Shown here: one piece after another, positions 6,677 to 18,147 of the stretch | Position numbering within the stretch: the first letter of the stretch is position 1 | Layout of the letters: every line of letters begins with the position of its first letter | Origin: Elusimicrobiota bacterium | GTDB taxonomy: Bacteria > Elusimicrobiota > Elusimicrobia > UBA1565 > JACRDR01 | Length of the DNA: 20,217 nt | Direction of reading: 5' to 3' | Assembly: GCA_041694815.1 (NCBI GenBank) | Contig: JBGFSC010000042.1 | Coordinates: 1 to 20,217 of the forward strand | The notes under the pieces: model-generated | Seen by the model: only the letters and a program-made list of their open reading frames with translations | The model's database searches: none | Told to the model about the DNA's origin: nothing | Made by a program: the position numbers and the translations under genes

Positions 6677-8704
6677 CTAGAATCGTATTAGCCGGTAACC
6701 GAAGGCGGGCAAGGATCCCTGGTACTGGACGCCTAGTTCAGGGTCCTCGAGTCGGACCTCCGCTTCCCTCTCGGAGGGATTGGCGAGGATGGCCGCCGCC
6801 CTGAGCCGGCCGGGCTTCGACGGCCTCAGCCAGTAGCCGACCCAATCCTTCCCTTCGGCTGCGATCGGCTCCAAGCGGGGCGCCGGGGCGTCCCGCTTCA
6901 ATTCTCCGGCCAGGGAGAAGGTCTGGCGATAAAAACGCGATATCTTGGGGTCGGCGTTCTTCCAATCGACCTGCACCGGGCGGCCGAACGGGATGGACTT
7001 GGGCCCCTCGACGTTCGGGTCGGCGTTGGAGGCGTCGAAGCCGATTTCCTGAGAGCCGTAGAACAGCAGGCTGCCCGGAAGCAGCAGGGTCAGGAAGGAA
7101 GCGCCTTCCATCCACGGCCCCATGGCCCTCAGGGGCGCTGCCTCGTCGTGATTGCCGATGAAGCTCAACATGCCTGAGCCGCCCTCCTGCCAATGCAGGA
7201 AGGCCTGCCGTTCGATCGCCGCGCGGATGTGGGCTGGATCGCGGCTCGTTAGGGCGTCGTACCAGCCCACATGCCCGCCGGGGCGCTCCATCGTGTTCTT
7301 CCCGTAAATGGAGTCGAACCCGACCCTGGAAAGCTCGTCCCAGCCGTCATAGCCCTCAGCAATGAAGGCCGTGCCGGGGTATTTGCCCTTGATCTCGGTG
7401 ATCAACTCCTCGAGGAACTCTCGGCGCGGCATCTGCACCTCGTCCCCCTTCCAGTTCCGCTGGAAATAGCGGTTGAGTATCTGATAGGCCATGTCGACGC
7501 GCAAGCCGTCGACCTGGTAGTCGCGAACCCATCCTTCGACTATCGAAATCATTTTGCGGCGCAGGCGCGGGTTGGAGTAGTCGAGCTGGGCCGTATCCTC
7601 CCAGAAGGCGAGGCTGCCGTAGGAATCGTAGCCGCCGTGCCGGATCCATCGGCGCGAGCCCCGGGCGTCGACGATATCGAAAAAGCCGCGTGGAGGCGGG
7701 CCCTCGCCGGCGGGCCGCCCGATGAAGAACTCGGGATGTTCCTGGAGCAGTTTCGAATCCATCGAGCTGTGGTTGATGACGAAGTCGATAATCACCCGCA
7801 GGCCCGCTCGATGCGCTCGCGACACGAAGGCCTTGAACTCCTGGGAAGTCCCCAAGTCGGGGTGGATCGACTCATAATCCTGGATCGAATAGGGCGACCC
7901 CCCGGCGCTGCCCATCGCGCCCCGTTTGCCGATGGGAAAAATGCCCATCACCCAAATCGTGTCGAACCCCTGCGCCCGGATCCGGCGGAGGTCCTTTTCC
8001 CGGAAATCGGCGAAGAAGCGCTTCTCTTGGAGGGACTGCGGGCGGCCGCCCTCGGCCTCGCGCTTGCCCTTGAGGTTATAGGCGCGGCAGAATATCTCGT
8101 AGATGCGCGCCGTCTTCGCCCAACGCGCCGAATCCGACGCGGCCACCTTGTCTCGCAAGGATTCGGTGTAGCGGCCGACGAAGGACATCAGCTCTGCGTA
8201 TTGCGCCATCGGCCCGGCGGCGGAAGCCTGGATTTCCCGTATCCGAGCGCGGGCGTCCTCGGCCCAGGACACCGAGCCGAGCAGCGCCTCCAGGTACTTG
8301 AAATAATCCCCGAGATAGCCGTGGAGCTCCGAACGGCCCCTCAGGCGCCCGATGCGGTCCTCGGCGTATACGAACCCTTCCAAACCCGAGCCCTGAGCCG
8401 TGAGCGAGCCTCCGTCCGAAAACCGGAAATGGAAGGGCTTGATCGATCCGTCCGTGGGCCCCTCGCTGAGCAGCTGTTTGGTCGCGCGTAAATCGGGGTA
8501 ATCCGAGCGGGGACTGCCCGAAGCTCCGGGCAGTCCAGTGAGCACCCCTTGGGGCCTGGCGCCGTCGTAGCCCCTCGATAAGGAACCTTCGTCCGAGAGG
8601 GACTCAAGCTGCCGAAGGCCTTCATCGGAGGCGAAAGAAAGGGAAGCGGCGAAAAGCGCCGGGAGGCAAAGAAGCAGGAAACGAAGCGAGGGGCGACGCT
8701 CCAT
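6677..8704 (-). CDS. Secreted GH13 alpha-amylase-family glycosidase with long N-terminal extension
   Basis: GSPYSIQDY, IIDFVINH, catalytic DGLRVDMA / IAEGY / GNHDE. Start placed at ATG 8704 (MERRPSLRFLLL... signal peptide; TAAAAT 7 nt upstream) rather than TTG 8740. Confidence 0.92.
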   Translation of the reverse strand: MERRPSLRFLLLCLPALFAASLSFASDEGLRQLESLSDEGSLSRGYDGARPQGVLTGLPGASGSPRSDYPDLRATKQLLSEGPTDGSIKPFHFRFSDGGSLTAQGSGLEGFVYAEDRIGRLRGRSELHGYLGDYFKYLEALLGSVSWAEDARARIREIQASAAGPMAQYAELMSFVGRYTESLRDKVAASDSARWAKTARIYEIFCRAYNLKGKREAEGGRPQSLQEKRFFADFREKDLRRIRAQGFDTIWVMGIFPIGKRGAMGSAGGSPYSIQDYESIHPDLGTSQEFKAFVSRAHRAGLRVIIDFVINHSSMDSKLLQEHPEFFIGRPAGEGPPPRGFFDIVDARGSRRWIRHGGYDSYGSLAFWEDTAQLDYSNPRLRRKMISIVEGWVRDYQVDGLRVDMAYQILNRYFQRNWKGDEVQMPRREFLEELITEIKGKYPGTAFIAEGYDGWDELSRVGFDSIYGKNTMERPGGHVGWYDALTSRDPAHIRAAIERQAFLHWQEGGSGMLSFIGNHDEAAPLRAMGPWMEGASFLTLLLPGSLLFYGSQEIGFDASNADPNVEGPKSIPFGRPVQVDWKNADPKISRFYRQTFSLAGELKRDAPAPRLEPIAAEGKDWVGYWLRPSKPGRLRAAAILANPSEREAEVRLEDPELGVQYQGSLPAFGYRLIRF

Positions 8705-8711
8705 CACTGTG

Positions 8712-8756
8712 ATTTTAGCCCCTCGAAGTGCCGGAAACAAGGGGTCAGAAGGCCTA
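8712..8756 (-). promoter_or_regulatory. Amylase promoter: -10 TAAAAT plus operator box
   Basis: -10 at 8712-8717; box GGGGTCAGAAGGCCTA at 8741-8756. Confidence 0.55.
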
Positions 8757-8785
8757 GGTTCTTAACAGTTAGCTTGGGAATGATA

Positions 8786-8946
8786 TTTACGCGCCTCGGG
8801 CGCGTGACTCGTCGTGCTTGACGTTTACGCGGTGCCAGGGATTGACTTTCGCCTAGGCGAAAGTCAATCCCTGGCACCATCTTCGCGAGAATTCCCGCGC
8901 TCGGCGCGGTCGTTTGCGCCGAGCCCACGCGCCCAAAGCGCGTAAA
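8786..8946. repeat. Nested palindromic element (REPIN/MITE-like)
   Basis: 21-bp terminal inverted repeats (19/21 match) at 8786-8806 and 8926-8946, a perfect 48-bp palindrome at 8831-8878, and a 9-bp stem at 8899-8924. Confidence 0.85.
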
Positions 8947-8958
8947 AACTGCCGTTGT

Positions 8959-11085
8959 TCAATTCGCCGCGACGCCCGATTGCAGATGGGAGATGTCGGC
9001 GATCTCCTTGAAGAGATCTAGCAGGCTGGCCAGTAGGGCGAGGCGGTTGTTCTTAACCGCCGCGTCCTTGTCCATGACGAGGACCTCGTTGAAAAAACGA
9101 TCGACGGGAGACTTGAGCTGCACTAACTCCTTAAGCCCTTCCTGGAAATTCTCCCCGCGCACCTTGTCCTGTACCTCTCCCTTGATGCTCCGGATGGCCT
9201 CCCACAGCGAGCGCTCCGCCTCGGCCGACAGGAGCTCCGGGCGCAACCGCCCCGCCTGCGCGTCATCGGGGGTGGCCTGCTTGAGGATATTGCGTGCCCG
9301 CTTGAAGGCCGAGGCAATGGCGGCGAAATCGGGATGCGGGCGCAGCGCGTGCACCGCGGCCAGGCGCAGCGCCGCCCGCGGCAGGTTCTCCAGGGCGCCG
9401 CCTTGGATGGCGCGGATCTCGTCAGCCCCGTAGCCGCCTTCCTCGAATACAGCCGAGGCCCGCTGCCACAGGAACTCGGCGAGCTCCCGGCGCGCCCGGG
9501 GTAGCGCCGCCGCGAGTTCCGCGGAGCGAGGGGCGAAGAGCTCCAGGGCGCGGCCCGCGGCCGCCTCCAGATCCAACGGGAGCTGACGCTCCAATACGAT
9601 GCGCACCGCACCGGCGGCCGCCCGGCGCAAGGCGAAGGGATCCTCGCTGCCCGTGGGCTTCTGGCCGATTAGGAAAAGCCCCGCCAACGTGTCGAGCTTG
9701 CCGGCCAAGGAGGCCAGCGCCGCGTCGAGGCGGGCGGGCAGGGGCGCCTTCGCCGATAACGGGAAGTGGAACTCCTCCAAGCCCATCGCGACCCGCTCGT
9801 CCTCGCCGTCGCGACGGGCGTAGACACCCCCCATCGTGCCTTGCAGCTCCGGGAACTCCTTGACCACCTCGGAGGCCAGGTCCGCGTAGGCCAGGCGCGC
9901 GATCCGTTGGACGCGTCCTAAGTCCTCCAAGGACAATTGCTTGAGGTCAACGCGCGGCGAAATCTCCCGAAAAAGCCATTCGGCCAGCGCCTCGACCCGT
10001 TCGGCCTTCTCGAGCATGCTGCCCAGCCCCTGTTGGAACGTCACGCTGCCCAGCCTCCGAAGTTTGGCCTCCAGGCGGGTCTCTAGGTCCCGCTGGAAAA
10101 AGAACTGCGCGTCGGAAAAGCGCGCGGTCAAGACCCGTTCGTAGCCTTCCTGGACCTGGGTCTGCCCTTCGGAGACACCGTCGCGCACCCCGACGAACCC
10201 GGGCTCCAGGCTCGAGTCCTCCTTAAGCAGCGGGAAAAATTTCAGCTGCTTCTTGAGCACCGACGACAAGAGCGCCTTGGGCAGGCACAGGTATTCCGGA
10301 TCGAAACGGCCGGCCACCGGGACCGGATGCTCGGTGAGGAATACGATCTCCTCGAGCAGCGCCTCGTCCTTGTCGAGCTGCGCTCCGGCGCGCCGGGCGG
10401 CCTGCTCTAGCGCCTTGGAGAGGGCCTGTCTCCGGGCGTCGATATCGGCGATGATGCAGAGATCCTTGAGCTTGGAGGCGTAGCGCTCCGCCTCCGCGAT
10501 GGGGATCGGCTTGGCGCCGACCCCCAGGCCCTGGGCCTTGTTGCCGGAGCGTATCCCGGCCAGGGAAAAGGCCACCACCTTCCTCCCGTAGAGGGCGAGG
10601 ATGTTGCGGATGGGCCGGCCGAATCGAAAGCGCGTCTGCTCCCACTCCAGGCTCTTGGGGAACTGTATCTTGGCGATGAGTTCGGGCAGCACCCGGGCTA
10701 GCACCCGGGCCGCCGGCTCTCCTTGGACCAGCAAGCGCGCCTGCAGCATCTCGCCCTTGGGCGTCGACACGACCCGCAGCTCCTCGGGCCTCACGCCGGC
10801 GGACTTCGCGAACCCCAGGGCCTGAGGGGTGTATCGCCCCTGTTCGTCCTTGAAAAGCTTGGCGCTGGGGCCGGTCCTCAGGCGCTCCTCGGAGTCGGAT
10901 TTCTCCGCGACTCCCTTCAGGATCAAGGTCAGGCGCCTGGGGGTGCCGAGCGTGATGGCCTGGGAAAATTTGAGACGCTCGGCCGAGAGCATCTGTTTGG
11001 CCAGGGCCTCCATCTGAGCCAAGGCGGGAGAGATGAAGCGCGCGGGGAGATTCTCGGTCCCGATCTCGAGGATCGCGTTTTTCAT
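8959..11085 (-). CDS. glyS: Glycine--tRNA ligase beta subunit
   Basis: [55 protein letters not shown] overlap with glyQ. Confidence 0.98.
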   Translation of the reverse strand: MKNAILEIGTENLPARFISPALAQMEALAKQMLSAERLKFSQAITLGTPRRLTLILKGVAEKSDSEERLRTGPSAKLFKDEQGRYTPQALGFAKSAGVRPEELRVVSTPKGEMLQARLLVQGEPAARVLARVLPELIAKIQFPKSLEWEQTRFRFGRPIRNILALYGRKVVAFSLAGIRSGNKAQGLGVGAKPIPIAEAERYASKLKDLCIIADIDARRQALSKALEQAARRAGAQLDKDEALLEEIVFLTEHPVPVAGRFDPEYLCLPKALLSSVLKKQLKFFPLLKEDSSLEPGFVGVRDGVSEGQTQVQEGYERVLTARFSDAQFFFQRDLETRLEAKLRRLGSVTFQQGLGSMLEKAERVEALAEWLFREISPRVDLKQLSLEDLGRVQRIARLAYADLASEVVKEFPELQGTMGGVYARRDGEDERVAMGLEEFHFPLSAKAPLPARLDAALASLAGKLDTLAGLFLIGQKPTGSEDPFALRRAAAGAVRIVLERQLPLDLEAAAGRALELFAPRSAELAAALPRARRELAEFLWQRASAVFEEGGYGADEIRAIQGGALENLPRAALRLAAVHALRPHPDFAAIASAFKRARNILKQATPDDAQAGRLRPELLSAEAERSLWEAIRSIKGEVQDKVRGENFQEGLKELVQLKSPVDRFFNEVLVMDKDAAVKNNRLALLASLLDLFKEIADISHLQSGVAAN

Positions 11086-11930
11086 GCCGTTGGGGCCGGC
11101 TCCAGGTGGGCGGCGATCACCTTCTTGGCCAAGGCGCGCACGCGCGCGATGAGCTGCGTGCGCTCGCTCACCGAGACGGCCCCTCGGGCCTCGAGCACGT
11201 TGAAGGCGTGGCTGCAGCGTAGCACCATGTCATAGGCCGGCAGCGGCAGGCCCGCCTCGGCGAGGCGGCGGCACTCCGCTTCGCAGTCGTCGAAATGCCT
11301 CAGGAGCATGGCGGTATCGGCATCCTCGAAGTGGTACTTGGAAAACTGCCGCTCCGACTCCTTGAAAAGGTCGCCGTAGCGGAAGCGTTCGTTGTAGTCG
11401 AGATCGAAGACGTCCGCCTTTTTCTGGGAGAACATCGCCAGGCGCTCGAGCCCATAAGTGATCTCGACCGAGATCGGATCCAGCGCCACGCCGCCCATTT
11501 GCTGGAAATAGGTGAATTGGGTCACCTCCATCCCATCGAGCCATACCTCCCAGCCGACGCCCGCAGCGCCCAACGTCGGCGATTCCCAGTCGTCCTCGAT
11601 CCAACGCAGGTCATGCTTGCGGCAGTCGAGGCCGATCGCCTTGAGCGAGCGCACGTAGAGCCCCTGCACGTCGGCCGGGACCGGCTTGAGCACCACCTGG
11701 TATTGGAAATAGCGCGCCAGGCGGTTGGGGTTCTCGCCGTAGCGGCCGTCGGTGGGCCGTCGCGAGGGCTCGACGTAGGCGACGGCGGTCGGGGCCTTCC
11801 CGAGCACGCCGAAGAAGGTGGCGGGATTGAATGTCCCGGCGCCCTTTTCTAGGTCGTAAGGCTGCAGCAACAGGCAGCCCTCGCGGGCCCAATAATTCTG
11901 CAGCCGCAAAATGATCTCTTGGAAGGTCAT
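11082..11930 (-). CDS. glyQ: Glycine--tRNA ligase alpha subunit
   Basis: [50 protein letters not shown]. Confidence 0.99.
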   Translation of the reverse strand: MTFQEIILRLQNYWAREGCLLLQPYDLEKGAGTFNPATFFGVLGKAPTAVAYVEPSRRPTDGRYGENPNRLARYFQYQVVLKPVPADVQGLYVRSLKAIGLDCRKHDLRWIEDDWESPTLGAAGVGWEVWLDGMEVTQFTYFQQMGGVALDPISVEITYGLERLAMFSQKKADVFDLDYNERFRYGDLFKESERQFSKYHFEDADTAMLLRHFDDCEAECRRLAEAGLPLPAYDMVLRCSHAFNVLEARGAVSVSERTQLIARVRALAKKVIAAHLEPAPTA

Positions 11931-12568
11931 GATCGCGCCGGGGCCAGGGACTTCTGGAACAGGCTGGTGCGCAAGGGCATCTCCAGTTGCCGCAGGATCG
12001 CCGACTCCAAGGCCGCCTCCAGGCGCTGGGCTTCGGCTGCGTCCGCCGGCCGGCGGGCGATGGCGGAGAAGTCCGCAGACAGCAGGAAGTCCCGCGCCGC
12101 CTGATCGCCAGCCTCGACCGGCGCCCCGAACCCCGCCAACTCCAACAGCTTAAAACCGAAGGCCAAAGAAACCCATTTCGAACCCGCGTACTCGAGCGCC
12201 GCCAAGGCTTCTAGGATGAGCCGGTATTTCCTCGGGTTGGGGGAACGCTCCGGAGTCAGTCGCAGCAACATCTCGCAAAGCCTCAAGGCCGCGCAAGTCT
12301 TGCCGAAATCGGCGCGGATGGCGGGGTAGGAGTCGTGGAGGCGTCCGCCGGTGACCGTCGCCCAGGGAGACCCAGGACGCAGATACAGGCGGTACTCGCC
12401 GTGCACCATGGGCTCGCTTAAGGCCTTGAGTTTGCCGCGCGCCTTACGCACCCCGATAAAGCGCACGGCGATTTTCCCGAGCTCCATGGTGTAGAGGGAG
12501 GCGAGGATATCCGTCTCGGCGTACGGCTTGCGCTCGAGCAGCACTCCCCAGACGGTGCTCGTGCTCAT
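11927..12568 (-). CDS. recO: DNA repair protein RecO
   Basis: [13 protein letters not shown]...LYT.ELGKI...GVRK.RGKL...EP, plus KLLELAGF. Conserved recO-glyQ-glyS order. Real start is ATG 12568, not 12835 (which lies inside the ALDH gene). Confidence 0.92.
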   Translation of the reverse strand: MSTSTVWGVLLERKPYAETDILASLYTMELGKIAVRFIGVRKARGKLKALSEPMVHGEYRLYLRPGSPWATVTGGRLHDSYPAIRADFGKTCAALRLCEMLLRLTPERSPNPRKYRLILEALAALEYAGSKWVSLAFGFKLLELAGFGAPVEAGDQAARDFLLSADFSAIARRPADAAEAQRLEAALESAILRQLEMPLRTSLFQKSLAPARS

Positions 12569-12572
12569 CGGC

Positions 12573-14078
12573 TCAATTGAGATCGATCCAGACCGTCTTG
12601 ACCTCGGTATAGAGCCGGATGGCCTCCGCTCCGGTTTCCCGGCCCCAACCGCTGGCTTTAAAGCCTCCCCAGGGAGCGGTGACGTCCGCCAAGTTGTAAT
12701 TATTGACCCATATGTTGCCGGCGCGCAACGCGGAGACCGCTCGGAACGCCTTCTTGATATCCTTGGTCCATATGCCGGCCGCCAGGCCGTAGGGAGTCCG
12801 GTTGGCGCGCGCGATGACCTCCTCGTAGGAGTCAAACGGCATCACGGCGGCCACGGGCCCGAATATCTCCTCGCGCGCGATGCGCATCTCGTCCTTGACG
12901 TCCAGGAAGACGGTGGGGTTGAGGAAGAAGCCCTTCTGCGAAGGACGATCGCCGCCCACGGCCAAACGAGCGCCTTCATTCTTGCCGGACTCGACATATT
13001 CTTCGACGCGGCGCAGCTGTTCCTCCGACACCAACGGACCCATCTGCGTCTTAGGGTCGATGCCCGGGCCCAGCCGGACCTTTCTGGCCCGCTCGATGAG
13101 GGCCGAGCTCAAGGACTCAAAAGCGGATCGCTCCACGTAGATCCTTGATCCCGCCGAGCAGCATTGTCCCTGGTTGTAGAAAATGCCCATGAAGGCATTC
13201 TTGGCCGCGGCCTCGAGATCCGCGTCGGCAAAGATGATGTGCGGTGATTTCCCTCCCAACTCGAGGGACACCCGCTTAATGTTTCCGGCCGAGGCCTCTA
13301 TGATCTTGCGTCCCACCTCCGTGGAGCCGGTAAAGCTCACCTTGTCGACGTCGGGATGCTCGACCAAGGCGCGGCCGGTTTCGCCGGCGCCCGAGAGCAC
13401 CTGGAGTACGCCCGGAGGCAGGCCCGCCTCCTCGAGTATCTCGGCCAGGCGCAGGGCGCTCAAGGGGGTCTGCTCGGCGGGTTTTAAGATCAGGACATTG
13501 CCGCAGGCCAACGCCGGCGCGATCTTCCAGGCCGCCATCTGCAGGGGGAAATTCCACGGGATGATGCCGGCGACGACGCCGACCGGCTCCTTGACGGTGT
13601 AGGTGAAGAACTTGGCCTTGGGCGCGTACGGGGTGGCCGACGGAAAGGTCTCGCCGAATATCTTCGTGGTCCAGCCCGCCCAATACCTGAAATTCTCGAT
13701 GACCATGGGCAGATCGCCGTAACGCGCCTCGCGGATGGGCTTGCCGTTGTTGAGCGTCTCGAGCGCCGCGAGCTCGTCGATCCTGGACTCGATGAGGTCG
13801 GCCGCGCGCCAGAGGATCTTGGCGCGCTCCGACGGGTTCATACGCGCCCAGTCGCCGCGATCGAAGATCTCTCGGGCCGCCCTGGCCGCGGCGTCGACGT
13901 CGGCCGGCCCTGCCTCGAAGACCTCCGCCAATACCTCGCCGGTGGCGGGATTGACGGCCGGGAAGGTCTTGCCCGAAGAGGAAGAGACCCACTTGCCTCC
14001 GAGATAAAGCTTCTTGGGTCCCGAAGAAAGGAACTTAGAGACATCGGACGGCAAGGCCGCGCTTTCAACGGTGGTCAT
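12573..14078 (-). CDS. NAD-dependent aldehyde dehydrogenase
   Basis: IIPWNFP, KPAEQTP, FTGSTEVG, LELGGKSP, NQGQCCSAGSR, EEIFGPV. GGAG RBS. Confidence 0.97.
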   Translation of the reverse strand: MTTVESAALPSDVSKFLSSGPKKLYLGGKWVSSSSGKTFPAVNPATGEVLAEVFEAGPADVDAAARAAREIFDRGDWARMNPSERAKILWRAADLIESRIDELAALETLNNGKPIREARYGDLPMVIENFRYWAGWTTKIFGETFPSATPYAPKAKFFTYTVKEPVGVVAGIIPWNFPLQMAAWKIAPALACGNVLILKPAEQTPLSALRLAEILEEAGLPPGVLQVLSGAGETGRALVEHPDVDKVSFTGSTEVGRKIIEASAGNIKRVSLELGGKSPHIIFADADLEAAAKNAFMGIFYNQGQCCSAGSRIYVERSAFESLSSALIERARKVRLGPGIDPKTQMGPLVSEEQLRRVEEYVESGKNEGARLAVGGDRPSQKGFFLNPTVFLDVKDEMRIAREEIFGPVAAVMPFDSYEEVIARANRTPYGLAAGIWTKDIKKAFRAVSALRAGNIWVNNYNLADVTAPWGGFKASGWGRETGAEAIRLYTEVKTVWIDLN

Positions 14079-14087
14079 GGTTCTCTC

Positions 14088-14491
14088 CTAATCGATCTCG
14101 ACGAGTTCAACGGCCGAATAACGCCCGGATGCGGTCGCTTTCGAGTCGCCCAACCGAGGCTTATTCTTGAGGACGAGGGCCGCGGCGATATCGCGCAGGT
14201 CCTCGGGCCCGAGCTCGCAGTCGGGCATGACATAATCGAAGTAGACATCCTTGCTGATCCGGAAAAGCTCCTCGCCGGTGGGGCGCTTGTTGCCCATCAA
14301 ATGCGCGGCCAAGGCCTCGCGCAGGCCCTGCGGCGAGGAAAGCCCGACGTAGATCACCTCCGGCTTGAGCTGCGCGTCGAAGACCACGAACTCATAGACG
14401 CCGGGCATCGGCGGGGCGTGGGAATCGAGCGCATCGGGCTTAAAGCGGAAGCAGCGCTCCGACATCCGGATCTTGAACGTTTTCCTCTCGC

Positions 14492-14495
<4 letters not shown>
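14088..14495 (-). CDS. Stand-alone GIY-YIG-like protein, catalytic residues apparently lost
   Basis: PPMPGVYEF...VIYVGLS...LREALAAH...[10 protein letters not shown]. Start at ATG 14495 (ATGA overlap with the acs stop, GAGGA RBS). Confidence 0.75.
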
Positions 14496-16468
<1,973 letters not shown>

Positions 16469-16477
16469 AACTCGGCT

Positions 16478-16486
16478 AGTCTAACA
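16478..16486 (-). promoter_or_regulatory. Extended -10 (TGnTAGACT) of the acs operon
   Basis: Minus-strand TGTTAGACT, 9 nt upstream of ATG 16468. Confidence 0.5.
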
Positions 16487-16525
16487 TTTTTTGCTCTCGC
16501 ATTTTTCGGGATGGGGGACGGGGCG

Positions 16526-16554
16526 TTGAAATCTCTCCATCCGGGCCCTATACT
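16526..16554 (+). promoter_or_regulatory. Sigma70 promoter of the metalloprotease gene
   Basis: TTGAAA-17 bp-TATACT, 8 nt before ATG 16563. Confidence 0.7.
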
Positions 16555-16562
16555 TGGATCGA

Positions 16563-17624
16563 ATGCGTCTCTTGAAGCTCGCCGTCCTGCTTTATTTGAC
16601 GAGCGTCCGTTCCGCATGGGGAAGGGAGCCCCCTAATGCGGACGATTTCTTTTTTCGCCGACCCCGCGACCTGAATCGGACCGCCGTCCTCCTGGTTAAT
16701 TTTAAAAATCTTCCCTGGAAGACGACTTCTCGAGAAGAGGCGCGCGCGACCGTATTCGATCAAACGGCGCGATTCTTCCGCGAGCAGTCCTACGGTCAAG
16801 TCAACCTCCACGGCGACGTCTTTGATTGGAGAACGCTCGATATCGACCAGACCTGCGAGGAGCTCGAAATCCTGGATGCCTCGCTTCGCGCGGCGCAACG
16901 GCATCCGATTATTCCCGTATCGAGCTACGATCGCCTCATCCTGATCTTTCCCTCGAGGCCGATCATCGGCTGCGGTTGGGCCGGCAAAGGCAGCATCAGG
17001 GGCTGGAGCATCGCCAAGGGCTGGCGGCCGATGAGCGTCAGCTGGATCGCGGGAAGCCCTAATCTTCGCGTATTGGCCCATGAACTAGGGCATAATCTGG
17101 GATTGGAACACGCCAGCTCCGTCAATTGCTTTCTTGGAATACCCGGAGCCTTTTGCAACGATGACGAATACGGCGATGAACGCAATGCGATGGGCGGCGA
17201 CGAGCCGCTCTATCTCGGCGCGTATGAACGCTATCGCGCCGGATGGATTCCCTTATCGGAGCTACCCGAGGAGCCGGGACGCACGGTCATTCGCCTTTCA
17301 CCCCTCGACAAGATCGTGGGCACCAAGGGAATTTTGATCCGCAAGAAGTACGTGGTGGAATTCTTTCGCCAAACTAGCTCTACGCCGTTGATCGGCAACT
17401 GGGTCGACCCGAATTCCGGCGCCCTTGTCCGAGTCCTTACCATGGAGCGGCACGGGAAGGAGCGCGAAGCCTTTCTCCACCCCCATGTGCTCGACCTATC
17501 TCCCGGGCGCGCGGGTTACGCGCTGCCCGTGGGCGGAAAATGGGATTTCGACGAGGATGCCTTCTCGCTGGAGGTGCTCGGCATCGCCGACGGGGAACTG
17601 GAACTCGCCGTCGAGCTCCGTTGA
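16563..17624 (+). CDS. Secreted metzincin metallopeptidase (M11 gametolysin/M6-like)
   Basis: Signal peptide MRLLKLAVLLYL..AWG; FFREQSYG; AHELGHNLGLEHA zinc motif; EYGD..NAMG Met-turn. Confidence 0.9.
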   Translation: MRLLKLAVLLYLTSVRSAWGREPPNADDFFFRRPRDLNRTAVLLVNFKNLPWKTTSREEARATVFDQTARFFREQSYGQVNLHGDVFDWRTLDIDQTCEELEILDASLRAAQRHPIIPVSSYDRLILIFPSRPIIGCGWAGKGSIRGWSIAKGWRPMSVSWIAGSPNLRVLAHELGHNLGLEHASSVNCFLGIPGAFCNDDEYGDERNAMGGDEPLYLGAYERYRAGWIPLSELPEEPGRTVIRLSPLDKIVGTKGILIRKKYVVEFFRQTSSTPLIGNWVDPNSGALVRVLTMERHGKEREAFLHPHVLDLSPGRAGYALPVGGKWDFDEDAFSLEVLGIADGELELAVELR

Positions 17625-17649
17625 CGGATGCTTCTGTAATGAATATAAT
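17621..17649 (+). promoter_or_regulatory. Near-consensus sigma70 promoter of the rpmH operon
   Basis: TTGACG-17 bp-TATAAT, 8 nt before ATG 17658. The -35 overlaps the protease TGA stop. Confidence 0.8.
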
Positions 17650-17657
17650 GCTTTTCT

Positions 17658-17795
17658 ATGCTACCTACCTACAGGCCGAATGTGCGCAAACGGGCCAAAC
17701 ATATCGGGTTTCGGGCGAGAATGAGCACCCCTGGAGGCCGGAAGGTTTTGTCCAAGCGGCGGCAGAAAGGCCGTTGGAAGCTGATCCCTGACTAA
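17658..17795 (+). CDS. rpmH: 50S ribosomal protein L34 (not in the ORF track)
   Basis: Manual translation: [45 protein letters not shown]. Confidence 0.97.
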   Translation: MLPTYRPNVRKRAKHIGFRARMSTPGGRKVLSKRRQKGRWKLIPD

Positions 17796-18147
17796 AAGGA
17801 GTTTCGGACGAGAGTCCCGGCTTTCCGGCCGGGACTGCTTCGACCGGGTTTTCGCCGAGGGACGCAAGGTCGTGGGATCCGACCTGCTGCTATGGTTCCT
17901 TCGGCGGGAATCCAAGGACGGGCCCCGTCTCGGCCTTTCGGTGAGCCGGAAGCTGGGCGGGGCAACGCGCCGCAATCGGGTCAAGCGTCTGTTGCGCGAG
18001 GCCTTCCGCCTCAACCGACAACGCATAGAGCCGGACTGCGACCTGGTGCTGTACCCGCGGCCCGGATGCCGCTGGAAGTCCCTCGGAGACGCCGAGGGCT
18101 CGCTGCTAAAGATTTGCGACAAGGCGGGGATTCTCGACAGAACTTGA
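17788..18147 (+). CDS. rnpA: Ribonuclease P protein component, probable CTG start
   Basis: [29 protein letters not shown]. The conserved N-terminus (FGRESRL...FDRVFAEG) lies upstream of GTG 17872. Confidence 0.93.
   Translation: MTKRSFGRESRLSGRDCFDRVFAEGRKVVGSDLLLWFLRRESKDGPRLGLSVSRKLGGATRRNRVKRLLREAFRLNRQRIEPDCDLVLYPRPGCRWKSLGDAEGSLLKICDKAGILDRT

Noticed and set aside
7271..8491. 406-aa plus-strand ORF
   Set aside because: Antisense shadow of the GH13 gene, expected in GC-rich DNA; no recognisable motifs.
12569..12835. N-terminal extension of RecO in the ORF track
   Set aside because: It overlaps ALDH in another frame; RecO homology begins at ATG 12568.
17892..18143. N-terminal extension of YidD in the ORF track
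   Set aside because: It overlaps rnpA; TTG 18144 gives a normal-length YidD.
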